From: Octopus vulgaris
Lineage: Eukaryota
Direction: 5' to 3'
Length of the DNA: 64,000 nt
Assembly (NCBI GenBank): GCA_951406725.2
Contig: OX597828.1
Coordinates: 61,628,001 to 61,692,000 of the forward strand
Notes under the pieces: generated by a model
Seen by the model: the letters and a program-made list of their open reading frames with translations, nothing else
The model's database searches: none
What the model was told of the DNA's origin: nothing
Program-made: the position numbers and the translations under genes
In this document: positions 1 through 12,200 of the stretch, piece after piece
Layout of the letters: the number at the start of each line of letters is the position of its first letter
Numbering within the stretch: the stretch's first letter is position 1

Positions 1-157
1 ATATGGTTAGCTTATCTAAGGAGTTTGTCTATATTTGAACCATTTCTTATTTTGATTGCAATTTAATGATTTGTACTAGCTTTGTGTATTTCATTTAATT
101 TTAAAGTATTTAGTAATTTAAGTATTGTTTTAATTTTTACTTATGTATATTTAGTAT

Positions 158-203
<46 letters not shown>

Positions 204-245
204 TAAAGTATATTTATTAATTATTTTTTTGTTCTAGTTTATTTT

Positions 246-315
246 TAACCTGATGAGTGACTATATTTCTATAATCATTTCTTAAATATAGCCACGAATC
301 ACGTGCGTGTCGTTA
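246..315 (+). ncRNA. Minimal type-I hammerhead ribozyme motif (probably decayed)
   Basis: taac-CTGATGA-gtgactatattt[AT loop]aaatatagccac-GAAT-cacg tg cgtg-TC-gtta. Stems I, II and III all pair, but GAAA reads GAAT. Lies in a ~270-bp cassette between (TA)n tracts. Confidence 0.75.
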
Positions 316-517
316 TTCTACAAATTATATACGTTTTTATTATTACTTTTGCAATTTACTTAATCATTGACATTTTATTGTTATTTTAATTTTAATATTT
401 CTATTATATGTAATTTTCTAGATGGTGTAATTTAATTGTTCCTTTTGAATTGATAAAATGTGTTTTTTTCTAATTTTATATATATACATATGTGTGTGTG
501 TATGTATGTATGTGTAT

Positions 518-549
<32 letters not shown>

Positions 550-615
550 GTAGTAATGTATGTATGTATACATACATACATATATAATATACATACATAT
601 ATAATATACACACTC

Positions 616-648
<33 letters not shown>

Positions 649-649
649 C

Positions 650-1620
650 ACACAAGTGAGCGGACAAACGAAAGAAGGCACACAACCAATTTACTGGTAC
701 TCTTGAGTTTCAAGCGCGATGCTAGTCGTCAGCCATTTTGAATTTTAATGACAGAAGTTGACTGTTATTACAGTAAGGTGGGCTGCGATTGGTGGAGGAA
801 AGTCACGTGGTGTCGGGGCTTGATGTTGGTATATGGGTAACAGTTAGTTGGAAAATACCGCATGGTGAAAGGGAAATTGACCCCCTAGAGGATAAGAAAT
901 AGACAACGTGGCAGATAGGAAGTCGGCCAGGTTTTTGGCGGTGGGAAAAGGAATGGGCAGCATGTGCAAGTATATAGTTCTATATTTGGATGTGCCGACG
1001 CGCTCGTATAGTTTTGTGCACATGTGTGTATTGATGCGAGCGTGCGCATCTGTACATAGGCGCGCACGCGCACGTTTTCACACACACACTTGAACAAATA
1101 CGCACACATATACACGCGCATACGCACACATGCACACATGCGTATTCATTCGTATGCACATGTGTATATTCGCATGCATGTATGCATGCATACCAGTGTT
1201 CGAGCACACACACATGCGCCTGTACGTGTGTATTCACGCACGTGTGTGAGTATACACGCGCAAAACAAGCGTTGGGATTGGTAAGCATTGGGAATTGATA
1301 AAGGTTGTGGATTTGTTTGCGTTGGCGGTTGGTAAACGTTGAGGATTGGTAACTGGTGGTCCTGCTCATGGGGTTGTTTGGTAGCAGTGACCCTGATGCA
1401 GGCTGTGCAAACTAACAGCTGGTGCTAATGTGCTATATCCGGGTTGTCGGCAGTCAGATACCTGAAGTTTGCCAGTAGGGTGACAGCAATGCGATAAATC
1501 ATATTTCTTGTTGATGGATACTGCGGTTTGTCGGAGGATATGCAGTTTTTCGTGAAGGACGAGTTGGTAGTTGGGAGCGCCGCGTAAATATGATAGTGCT
1601 CTGTCGACAATAGTCCACTT
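650..1620 (-). mobile_element. Penelope-like element 3' end / pseudo-LTR (Naiad-like), inverted relative to the adjacent body
   Basis: Reverse complement begins aagtggactattgtcgacagagc, matching 2543 onward (KWTIVDRA... endonuclease C-terminus). It continues through a CA/TG-rich 3' region to an HHR and stops at a (TA)n tract. Confidence 0.75.
695..735 (-). ncRNA. Minimal type-I hammerhead ribozyme motif
   Basis: Minus strand: tgg-CTGACGA-ct agc atcgc gct t-GAAA-ctc aa gag-TA-cca. Intact core, 3-bp stem I, stem III with a 2-nt loop. Confidence 0.8.
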
Positions 1621-1625
1621 TCTTC

Positions 1626-3110
1626 TTGTTATGTTATCTCGGAGATCATGGAGTATCCAGAGAAAACGAGACAGGGAAGTTCAATGTCTCTATGAGGAGC
1701 TTTGACGAGGCTGAAATCGCCGAGCTCATCAGGTTATACATCTTGAATACCCTCAAGAAACGTACCCACCCACATAGATCAGCCCTCTACAGGGACAACG
1801 TCCTGGCTATCTCAAGCTATATTAATCATCACAACATGGACAGGTTCAGGAAGGACCTGATAAAAATATTTAATGAGCTCAGCATGTCTATAACGGTTAC
1901 CACCAACTTGACTACGTTCGATTTATTAGACGTAACCTTAGACCTGAGTACGGGCAAGTATTACCCCCTCCAGGAAGCCTAACGAGAATATAGTATACAT
2001 ACACAAGCGCTCTAAGCGGGTTTACTGACAAGCTCACGTATACGGGCAATTCTCAAACACCCTCTCCTCACCCCCAAAAATATTATGAGAAGGAAAATTA
2101 TATAGTATAACCATCCTTTCGACCTAGAAGTTTCCATCAACGTAGCTAGGGTCTTCCTGTCGCTAATTAAGAAACACTTCCCCTAAAGACTAAAAGTATT
2201 ACAAACGCTTGAACCCTCGTAATGTCAAGGTGCTTAGACAACATCGCATGCATCAACAGACGTAAAAATGCATCCACACCACCCCCATCCCCAACCTGCA
2301 ACTGCCGACACCCCAACATGTACCCTCTAGAAGATTTTGCCTCTTAAGAGCCGTAGTATACAGAGCCACCCCAACACCATCCGATGGCATTACTTGGCAC
2401 TATACGGATATGACAGCTAATGACTTCAAGGGAAGATACTCCCAGCATAAGCAATCATTCAGATCCAGGGACAGAGAACTCTACTTCCTTGTCTCATTTT
2501 CTGTAGAGACGCTGTGATCTCCGAGGTAAAATACCCAGCTTCAAGTGGACTATTGTCGACAGAGCGCCACCATATTCATCCGGCGCCTCCAGCTGCCAGC
2601 TCTGTCTCCGTGAAAAACTGCATACCCTCCAACAACACGCAGTATCCATCAACAAGAAATATGATTTATCGTATTGCTGTCACTAGAGGTTTGCCCTTCT
2701 GGCAAACTTCAGGCCTCTGACTGCCTACAATTAGCAGCGGCTGCTATTCTGCACTGTATGCTCCGAGATCATTGCTACCAACCAACCTCATGAGCAGGAC
2801 CGCCAATTACCAATCCCCGACGTTTACCAATCCCTCAACGCATACCAATCCCCAACGCTTACCAATTTCCAATGCTTACCAATCCACAACGCTTGTTTTG
2901 CGCATGTATACTCATGCACGCGCGCAAATGCACATGTGCACCGGCATGCGTGTGTGCTCGCACACTGATATGCATGCGTACATGCATGCAAATATATATG
3001 TACACATGAGTGAATACGGATATGTGTGTGTATGCGTGTATGTGTGTGCATTCGTGCGTATGCACGTGTGCGTGCGCGCGCGTGTCCGTCCAAGTGTATG
3101 TGTGTGTACC
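1626..3110 (+). mobile_element. Decayed Penelope-like retroelement (RT C-half + GIY-YIG endonuclease), Naiad-like
   Basis: Frame-broken peptides SFDEAEIAELI, LYRDNVLA (YRDD-like), LLDVTLDLSTGKYYP, RKII*YNHPFDLEVS, CNCR, YIRI/MTANDFKGRYSQHKQSFR and KWTIVDRAPPYSSGASSCQLCLREKL. Clade assignment from motif memory only. Confidence 0.85.
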
Positions 3111-3587
3111 GACAAATAAGAGAATGTAGTTTCATAGACAAAATGAATATGTGTCTAATTTGTATAAATGTTATAATATAGCACACGAACACTGCTCTTT
3201 TGTATGGACTTTCAGGCTAAATGGAACATTCTTTCGATGAAGCGATTCGAATGAAGTTTTATCTCATAACTGGCAAATTTATTTAGGTGTTCTTTATCTG
3301 AAGAAAAGTGTTGTCAATTTCTGTTTAGGTATGTATACGCATGGTAAAATGTCAACAGAAGACGATGTAGAGTAGAAGGCACCTAAATATAAACACACAT
3401 TGGTGTGTGTACATGTGTGTGTGTGTGTGTGTGTATGTGCGTGCGTGCGTGTGTGTGTGTGTGTGGTGTGTGTGTGTGCGCGTGCGCAGACGCAAATTTT
3501 TTAGTCATAAAGGACTGTCAGGCTATTTCTTGCCGATAAAACCATTCGCAGTAAAGTGAGATAATGTTGTAGATCTGCTTAAAGCAG

Positions 3588-3727
3588 TTTATTATTTTGT
3601 TTATTATTTTGTTTATTATTTTGTTTATTATTTTGTTTTATTATTTTGTTTATTATTTTGTTTATTATTTGTTTTATTATTTTGTTTATTATTTTGTTTA
3701 TTATTTTGTTTTATTATTTTGTTTTAT
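3588..3727. repeat. Minisatellite, 12-13 bp unit TTATTATTTTGT(T), about 11 copies
   Basis: Direct tandem copies visible. Confidence 0.95.
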
Positions 3728-4789
3728 GGAATCAAAATGGTTGAAAGGATAAGTGAAGATATTCTGACGAATAAAACGAAGTTTTGTATAATATCTATAT
3801 CTAGTTTCTTTAGCGTACACATTTGAGATCTGCGAAAAAATATAATGGAATTAGATACTGTTATCTCTTCACATTACTCTGAACTTTGAAAGTAAACCTC
3901 AGTGCGAATTATAGTTATCTATTTTTACATAGTCTGTTCTGCAAACGCCAATGCGATGATGTATCTACAAATGTGTCGGATGGGTGGATGTAAGTGACGA
4001 AAAACATTTCCCTCAAAACAGCTAAGAAAAATAAACTCTTTAGTATGTTCGTATATACAATGTTGGCAAATATTGATTTAACCTTGCTCTTGCATTACAC
4101 AGACATTACATTAGAAACATGGCCCATCTTATCAAAATGCCAAGAGTTACATAAGAAAAAATAAACATTAATTTTGCCATCATTAAAATAGCATTATAAT
4201 TTAATGGGCTAGACAGTGAGAAGAGATGAAACATATGCAGCCTTGTTGGTCGAGATATTTCCTTTGAAACTCGTCTAAAAATAGCTGCAAACAATTTAAT
4301 ATATATTTGTACTATACAAGATTTTATACTGGTGCATTCTCCAATTTTCATTGCTGAGAGGAAGTACTGAAACAAAATTTATGTCAAGATATAGAAAATG
4401 TTATAAAAGATGACTGAGTTTGCTAGATAGGTTATTGTGAGTCGCATATTAGGAGTTGCTACCAAAGAGCCCCAACTGTTTCTCTATGAATAAACAACAA
4501 ATTCTAATTTATCCCCCACTATAATTAAATACTAACTCACATAATATAGAGGGAGACCTATATTTTTTCGGAATTGCCGGGTTGGATGGGAGAAAGAGGG
4601 AGATTATCCCTAACCGGAGAGCTAGCTCAAATGCTTGCAATCAAGCAAACTGCATTAAAGGTACCCAGCGATGAACGGGGATTATTAAACCGAGTGACAG
4701 ATGAAGCCTACTACAAAAGAACACAGAGCGTAAAGAGCCGGAAGAAATACCGCAAGAAAGCCTCACGGACGCTCTAATAATTTTGCCAA

Positions 4790-4936
4790 CCGACCGCTTC
4801 TCGGCTGGAACTTTGGTTTATCGACACCGTAAAAGTAAATGACAGGGTTGGCTTTCACAGGATTTGAACTCAGCATACAAAGAACCGCAATAAATACTGC
4901 AAAACAATTTGTCCTATGTTTTAACAACTTTGCCAG
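4790..4936 (-). mobile_element. Degenerate tRNA-derived SINE (family A)
   Basis: Reverse complement resembles the family A head (ctggca...ctgagttcaaatcc) and the gtcgataa core. Confidence 0.55.
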
Positions 4937-5647
4937 GTTTGGAAAATGGGTGCAATTTCACAATTGCCACTCTTCAATAGATACCACAGTTAAATCAATC
5001 AGGAATGGTTAAGATTAAAATTCGAATATATATATGTGTGTGCGTGTGAAGACACACACACGCACACGCACACACACACACACACACACTCACACACACA
5101 TACACACATGTATGCACATGGTTGGGGATTGGACACAAGTACACAAGTGCATATGACACTTGCCTTTCTGAACTTCAAAGTTTGCTGCAACGAGGCAGGT
5201 ACCCAGTCGACATAGGCAATATAAATACAGCCCTAATATAGACTACAGGCACATATGTACGGAGCTACACATGTTTCAGCAATAAATTGTATTCAATTGG
5301 ATTGCTGCTTCGAAGACAGATTTTAATGTTTTCGAATAACATTGATCAATTTAGCTACTGACTCTTGAAAGCCTATTATACGTGGTTCCACTACAATCCC
5401 CGTTATATAAATTTACTAGTATTTCTTTTAAACGCGATAAATCTTTTGATTCATTACATCTGTCACACGGACGCTAATTCATTTATTATCACTGCTGCTG
5501 TAACTACTAATACTACAGTGACTACTGACATTAGTCTTCTTCTTTGTTTTTCTTTTGTCTTATTCATTCTCTCTATGCATATATTTGTTTTTATTTATTG
5601 AAAATCATCCTATTACTGCCAGGCTAAAGAACCAAAATCCCTCTCAT

Positions 5648-5704
<57 letters not shown>

Positions 5705-6399
5705 ATGCATATGCATATGTGTATGTATTTATAAAGAGAAGGAAGAAAGATAAGGAAGAGAGGTAAAAAAGAAAAGGGAAAAAGAAAAAAAGCAGAAAGA
5801 AGAAATAACGTAACTCTTTAATTTACCATTATTCCCCCTTGTCTCTCTATATTTTGCAACACTTGCTGAAGACTACGCTAGCATATGTCATTCAGAATAG
5901 CATCATTTAGATTCTGACGTGTCTTTTTCTTTTCATTTATTTCTCTTTTTCCTTCTGATATTGTTGGAGCACATTAACTCTGAGCACATATCCACTCAGT
6001 GATGAATATCACAGCATATTACTCTAATTCTATTTTAATTTAACTCCATCGGAGTCGACCATACATATTTGGTTGTTCGATCAACTGTTCGTTGAATTAG
6101 CGAGTGACTGAACACTAAGCCAGCATGAGAGATAGCATGCCAAGCTGGGACATTAAATTGAAAGTGGAATCTAGAAGTTCTACAGTGTTTTTAGATTTAC
6201 AATTTCCTTCACAAGACTCAGATGAATCCGAGAGTATGGTAAAATACAAGGCAGTGGAATAGAAGTCGAGAACTCAGGATAGCAAAGCGAACTTCGTAAC
6301 CATTCGGCCATACTACGACCGTTTACTGCGTTATAACATCGACTCATATTTCTTCTTCTACACAATACTTGACGTATTATTATTGTTAGCACGCAGTAT

Positions 6400-6815
6400 C
6401 ATTAGCACGCCGGGGAAAATGCTTAGCGGCGTTTCGTCCGTCTTTACATTCAGAGTTCAAATTCCACCGAGGTCGACTTTGCTTTTTATCCTTTCGGAAT
6501 CGATAGATTAAGTACCATTGAAATACTGGGGTTGACACAATCGAATAGCCCCCTCCCCCCAAATTTCAGGCCTTGTGTCAACAGTAGAAAGGATTATCAT
6601 CGGTGCTACTGAAGGCGGTGAGCTGGCAGAATCGTTAACACGCCGGAAAAAAATGCTTAGCGGCGTTTCGTTCGTCTTTACATTCTGAGTTCAAATTCTA
6701 CCGAGATCGATTTTGCTGTTCATCCTTTTGAGGTCGATGAAAATAAGTACTGGGGTCTATCTAATCATCTAGCGCTCTTCCACAAAATTTCAGGCCTTGT
6801 GCCTTAAGTAGACAG
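6400..6815 (+). mobile_element. Two tandem tRNA-derived SINEs (family A: ggcggcgagctggcagaatcgttag head)
   Basis: A box agctggcagaatcg, B box gagttcaaattc, core gcttttcatcctttcggggtcgataaa-agtacc (resembles the Meta/Sauria-type SINE core from memory). Copies at ~6400-6596 and ~6612-6815. Confidence 0.85.
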
Positions 6816-7062
6816 GCTTATTACTGTTATTACTGTATATATTTACTATGCAGTGTTTGAGAAACCACATAATAAAGAATTAGTTTCATCTATAAAAGAA
6901 AACGTAAGCTAAAGATTATCATTGGCAACAAATGGTGGGTGAGAATGGCCTTGACCCTAGTATTATTACTTTCTGGAAAATGTAAACATGTCGATATCGT
7001 TAGACAACTTACTAGGTATCATTTCACTTTTTCATTAACATCACCATCATCCCCATTATCAG

Positions 7063-7270
7063 CTTCTTCTTCTTCTTCTTCTTCTTCTTCTTCTTCTTCT
7101 TCTTCTTCTTCTTCTTCTTCTTCTTCTTCTTCTTCTTCTTCTTCTTCTTTGCCTTTCATCCTTTCGGGATCGATAAATTAAGTGCCAGCAAAATACTGGG
7201 GCCGATGTCATCACTAATCTCCCCCCACCACCACCAAATTTCAGGCCTTGGACCTTTCGTAGAAAAGATT
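7063..7270 (+). repeat. (TTC)n microsatellite followed by the 3' half of a family A SINE
   Basis: (TTC)n at 7063-7148 runs directly into ttgcctttcatcctttcgggatcgataaattaagt. Confidence 0.85.
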
Positions 7271-7282
7271 GTTATTATTATC

Positions 7283-7825
7283 GAGTGAGAGAGCAGTGCA
7301 TGTCATTAAAGTGAGACTGGGGTAAAATATATAAAGCCCAATAGACCCATCATGGTTACCCATCTGATAAGGGTACACCAGGCACATGCATCACAACCAT
7401 ATGCGCGCGACATAGTGATTTCATACCAAGATAAAGAGCGCATGACCTTGCAGGTGAGGCCCAGTCAGAATTTTCAGTAGGTTGAGTAGATCATCCCGCT
7501 CAAAAGGTCCCTGAATAAGAGTTGTTTAAGAATGTTGAACGAAACACGAATGTTTTCAGAGGTGAATTATTAAAACCCTAAAGATTCCTCTCAACACATG
7601 ACAATGATGTTCCCCCATTACCTTTTCTCGTGATCAGAGATGCCCATATCGTCAGCCACTAAGGGATGTGCTCAACCGGTTAAGGTCAAATAACTGACAA
7701 GCAAATCTGTGGTATTGAGCAGAATATTTGCTGTAGTCCATCTTTTATACTAACATGTACATAACACTTCCCATCAGTTATGATGGGAAGTCATGACAGC
7801 CACTGCCTGGTACTGAATCAGGGTA
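7283..7825. mobile_element. ~540-bp non-coding element bounded by (ATT)n on both sides
   Basis: Sharp, more GC-balanced block between ATT tracts with no ORF, and a perfect 11-bp hairpin near one end. Repeat status is inferred. Confidence 0.5.
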
Positions 7826-7834
7826 TAATTATTA

Positions 7835-7896
<62 letters not shown>

Positions 7897-7927
7897 GTTG
7901 TTGTTGTTGTTGCTGTTGTTGTTGTTA

Positions 7928-7965
<38 letters not shown>
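7826..7965. repeat. (ATT)n/(GTT)n microsatellite at the LINE 3' end
   Basis: Direct observation. Confidence 0.95.
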
Positions 7966-7968
<3 letters not shown>

Positions 7969-10900
7969 TAGTTTTATTTTTATAGCGTGCTCTCACATCA
8001 CTACCGAGCGCAGCTCTGTGTGCCTTGGGTATGTGCTGTGATTTGTTGTGATGCTCTGATGGTTATTGTATGGAAAGTGTTCTGCGTAGGATGTGTGCAG
8101 TGCCTAGTAGTGCAATTTTCTGTATGTTATATGTGTTTGTAAGTCCTGGTGTTTTTGTTATGTATTTGTCTGAATATTTTTTTATCATGCCTAATGCACC
8201 TACTATGATAGGAATTGTTTCTGTTTTTAGATTCCACATTCTGGTTACCTCTATTTCCAGGTCTTTGTATTTTGAAAGTTTCTCCATTTCTTTTAGAGAC
8301 ACGTTGTCATCTACCGGTATTGATACATCAATTAGAAAGCAGTTTTTTTCTTCATGATCTCTGACAACTCTATCTGGTCTGTTGGCCTTAATTTCTCTAT
8401 CTGTGTGTATCGGCATATCCCAGAGTATGGTTGCTTTCTCGTTTTCTGTGACCTTTTCTGGTGTGTGCCTATACTATCTTTTTTCTGTTGTTATTCCATA
8501 ATGTTGGCATAGCTTCAGGTGTATGTAGGTTCCAACTCTGTCATGTCTGTGAATATATCCCTTCTTAGCCAGGACTGGGCAGCCAGAGATAATATGATTT
8601 ATTGTTTCTTGTCCATCTCCACATATTCTGCAGTTACTTGTTATATTTCTTTTCATTACATGTTTTTGGTAATTTCTGGTGGGGAGGCTTTGGTCTTGTG
8701 CTGCAATTAAAAATCCCTCTGTTTCTGCTTTGAGTCCTGAGCTTCTCAACCATTGCTGGGATTTTTCTTTGTCTATTTCTTTTGCATTTAGTTTAGTCCA
8801 GTATTTACCATGAAGGGGCTTTTCTTGCCATCGTTTTATCATGGTTCTTTGCTGTTCTATTTTTAGTTTGGATTTCATTTGTTTTATAGCTTTTGTTGTT
8901 TTTTCTTCTTCTTCTTCTTCTTCTTCTTCTTCTTCTTCTTCTTCTTCTTCTTCTTCTTCTTCTTCTTCTTCTTCTTCTTCTTCATATTTATTAGGTGGTA
9001 TGATTTCTTGTTTGTATTTGTCTGCTTCCTTAAATACTGAGAACAGTTTTTTGTTTTGCTCGTGTTTTGCCGCTATTTGTATCAGTTTTCCTTCCTTCTG
9101 AAGTAGATATTTTTGCAGTCCTATGGTGGTTATTTTATAGTAGTTTTCCAGTTGTATAAGGCCTCTACCACCTTCTATACGTTGTATATATAGTCTTTCT
9201 ATGTCAGATTTTGGGTGATGCATCCTAGATCCTGTCATTATTTTTCTTGTTTTCCTATCTATTTTGGTCAGTTCATATAGTGTCCAGTTAAGGATATTGT
9301 AGCTGTAACTTATAACTGGGACAGCTAAAGTGTTGATACCTATTATCTTGTTTTTAGCATTGAGCTCTGTTTTCAGTATTGATCTAACTCATCTATAATA
9401 TTCTTTTTTTATTTTCTCTTTCATTTGTGTGTGTTGTGTGTTATCTAGTTCATGGATTCCTAAGTATTTGTAAGTTTGGCTTTGGTCTAATTCTTTTATT
9501 TCATTGGTTTTATCTAGTGTGATGTTGCTACTCTTAACTAGTTACTTTGGCGCATTTTTCTAATCCAAATTTCATATCTATTTCTTTGGTAAATCCATGA
9601 ACTGTCTTTAATAGTGTTTCCAGCTGTTTGTCATTTGCAGCGTATAGTTTTAGGTCATCCGTATATAAACGGTGGCTGATCGTTTTGCCGTAACATTTAT
9701 ATCCGCATCCAGTTCTATTTAGCATATCAGATAGAGGTGACAGTGCCAAGCAGAAAAGGAGTGGAGAGAGTGTGTCTCCCTGGAATATTTCTCTTCTAAT
9801 GGGGATGGCTTTGGTTTTCATGAGTCCCTCTTTTGTTTGGAGCTGTAGCACTGTTTGCCATTTATTCATAGAGTATCCTATGAATTTTATAATTGTTGGT
9901 GCTACTTTGTTAATGGCTAGTGTTTCGAGGATCCATGTGTGAGGGATGCTATCAAACGCCTTTTTGTAGTCGATCCAGGCTATACTGAAGCCTTTCTTCT
10001 TTCTGTGGCTGTCTTCAGTTATGGCTTTATTAATCATGAGTTGATCTTTACAGCCATATGAGCCTTTGTGGCATCCTTTCTGCTCTTCTGGAAACAGGTT
10101 GTTTTCGTCCTGGCGCTTGTTCAACCTTTGCGATATCACTGCAGTAAATGCATTGTACATTGTAGGGAGACAGGTTATTGGTCTGTAGTTTTCTGGTTTT
10201 GCTGTCTCATTTGATTTGGGAATTAAGATGGTTTTCCCCTTCGTGAGCCATTCAGGCATTGTCTCTGGCTCTGCTAGTATGTTGTTAAAGTTTTTAGCCA
10301 GCTTTTGTGCATTCCTGTTAGATATTTCAACCAGAAGTTGGGGATCTTGTAATGCCCAGGTGCCTTCCAGTTGCTTAGTCTTTGCAGTGCCTGGGTGACC
10401 TCTTCAGTTGTTATGGGGGTCCAAAGTTGCTCAGATGCTGAGTTTGTAGTTTTAATACTCCTTTTTTTGGTTGTTCGTTCGCCGACCATATTTCTCTCCA
10501 GAATTCTTCCACTTCTTCTGCCGTTGGTGCTGCAGTGATTTCTATTTTATTTTTGCCAAGTTCTTGGTAGAACTTTTGGGGTTGGAGTTGAACTTTTTGT
10601 TATGTTCAAAGAAGCGCTGGCGTTTCTCGTACCGGCGGATCCTTTGTGCTTTGGCAAGGATATCTTGCTTTAGCTTTTCTTTTATCTCAGGTAAATCTTT
10701 TTCTGTGATGTATTTGCGGAGTATTTTTGTTTTCTTTTTGTTGCTCAGTAGCGTTGATTGTGTACTGATTTCATTAAGAATCGACAGAGCTTTTCTCATT
10801 TTGTTGTATTTTGTTTTGGATGTTATTTATCCACAGGGTTTGTTTGGGTGGTGGTACTCCTGTTTGGATGGGTTTGAGTGAGTATTCAGCTTCTTTTGTG

Positions 10901-12110
10901 GCTGCAGTGGCTGCTGCGTATACTAAGTCATTTAGCTCAGTGATATCGCTTTTTGTTTCAGTGGTTATTAGTTCCGTGACGGCTAGGTTTATGCTGTTTA
11001 TAATTGGTGTTGCTGTTTCGTCTATTTTGATTTTTGGGAGGTATGAGCTCTGTGGTTTTCAGTTCTTTGATTATTCTACTTTTTATATTATCATAATCAT
11101 TAGGCTCCCCTTCGTTGTTTCCAGGTTTTAGATTTGTGTCGCTTTCTTTCTCATTTGTATGTTTGTTTGTCGTGTTTTGGCTTGCTGTTTGTCGTGTATT
11201 ATTATGTATCCTTACGGTCTGGATTTGTTGTTTTTTGTTTACATCGTGTTTGTTGGGAATGTTACGATTGTCTTCGTGTTTTACTGTTTCAGTGTTTATA
11301 TTATTGGGCATTGTTGTGTAGCTTCTATCTACATATTCCTGATGTATTTTTCTTTTAGATGTTCTATTTCTATTTCTGATATTTTTTTTGCGTTGAGAAT
11401 GTATCTTCGTACGTTAGCTAGTTTATTATGGTTCATTGCTGTATCCAAGTCTATATTTATGTTATTTTCCTTCCATATTTTATATGTATGTGTTGTTGTG
11501 TTTTCATTTTTGGGGTAAAGCACTGCTGTGAAGTACGCGTGTAGGATAGAAATGTATTCCTCACGTGTCCATTTATGCCTTTTGGGTTTTATTTGCGGGA
11601 GATGAGGAACAACGTCCGGCTCATTATTTTGACGGTCGTCATTTTCGTAGGGTACCGGTCCCTTCATTTCTGTTGTCACATTGTTTTGCACGTGTAGTTT
11701 TTCGTACATTTTGTGTTGTAAGTTTAAAGTACGTACTTCCCGATTGTTATTCTTGGGTTGAATAATAACGGTGTTATTTAATTTCTTCGTAGATTTTTTG
11801 TACATGGTGTTTGGGGTCGGGGATGATCTGGTGTTGATGGATCTTAATGTTTCACGCATGTTTACATGTGTTGTGTTAGAGGTGGAGATGATATCGAGTT
11901 AAAATACATCATTTCGTTCCGAAAATAGTAATAAATTTCAATGAGTATTACTTACTCGGATATAGTCCAATCCTTTGTTAGTAAATTTTTGGCTCCATAC
12001 GATGTCTTTGTCTTCGATGTTTGTGGATAGATTTCGGAGCACTGTTTTATCGTTCTCACATCTTAAACGTCCCCGGTGTTCTCCTCTTAAACGTCCCCGG
12101 TGTTCTCTTT
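7966..12110 (-). mobile_element. Near full-length R4/Dong-clade non-LTR retrotransposon (RT + CCHC + restriction-like endonuclease), frameshifted
   Basis: RT motifs NYRPITCL, WIDYKKAFDS, IFQGDTLSPLLF, YTDDLKLY. Zn knuckle CRICGDGQETINHIISGC followed by RHD. RLE motifs RPD...LIDVSIP...EKLSKYKDL...PIIVGALG...LLGTAHILRR. Both ends abut (TAA)n, the known Dong target. Confidence 0.93.
8063..11859 (-). pseudogene. Disrupted single ORF of the R4/Dong LINE
   Basis: ORF pieces 11859-11329, 11311-10958, 10799-10542, 10489-10274, 10259-9534, 9238-8474 and 8416-8063 are colinear domains separated by stops and frameshifts. Confidence 0.9.
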
Positions 12111-12136
12111 TATTATTATTATTATTATTATTATTA

Positions 12137-12191
<55 letters not shown>

Positions 12192-12200
12192 CATTATTAT
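12111..12200. repeat. (ATT)n microsatellite at the LINE 5' end
   Basis: Direct observation. Confidence 0.95.

Noticed and set aside
1626-2690. Selenocysteine recoding in the Naiad-like PLE
   Set aside because: The copy is too decayed (mixed stop types and frameshifts) to identify a conserved in-frame UGA or SECIS by eye.
3588-3727. Regular short repeats suggestive of a CRISPR array
   Set aside because: Head-to-tail minisatellite with no spacers, in eukaryotic DNA.
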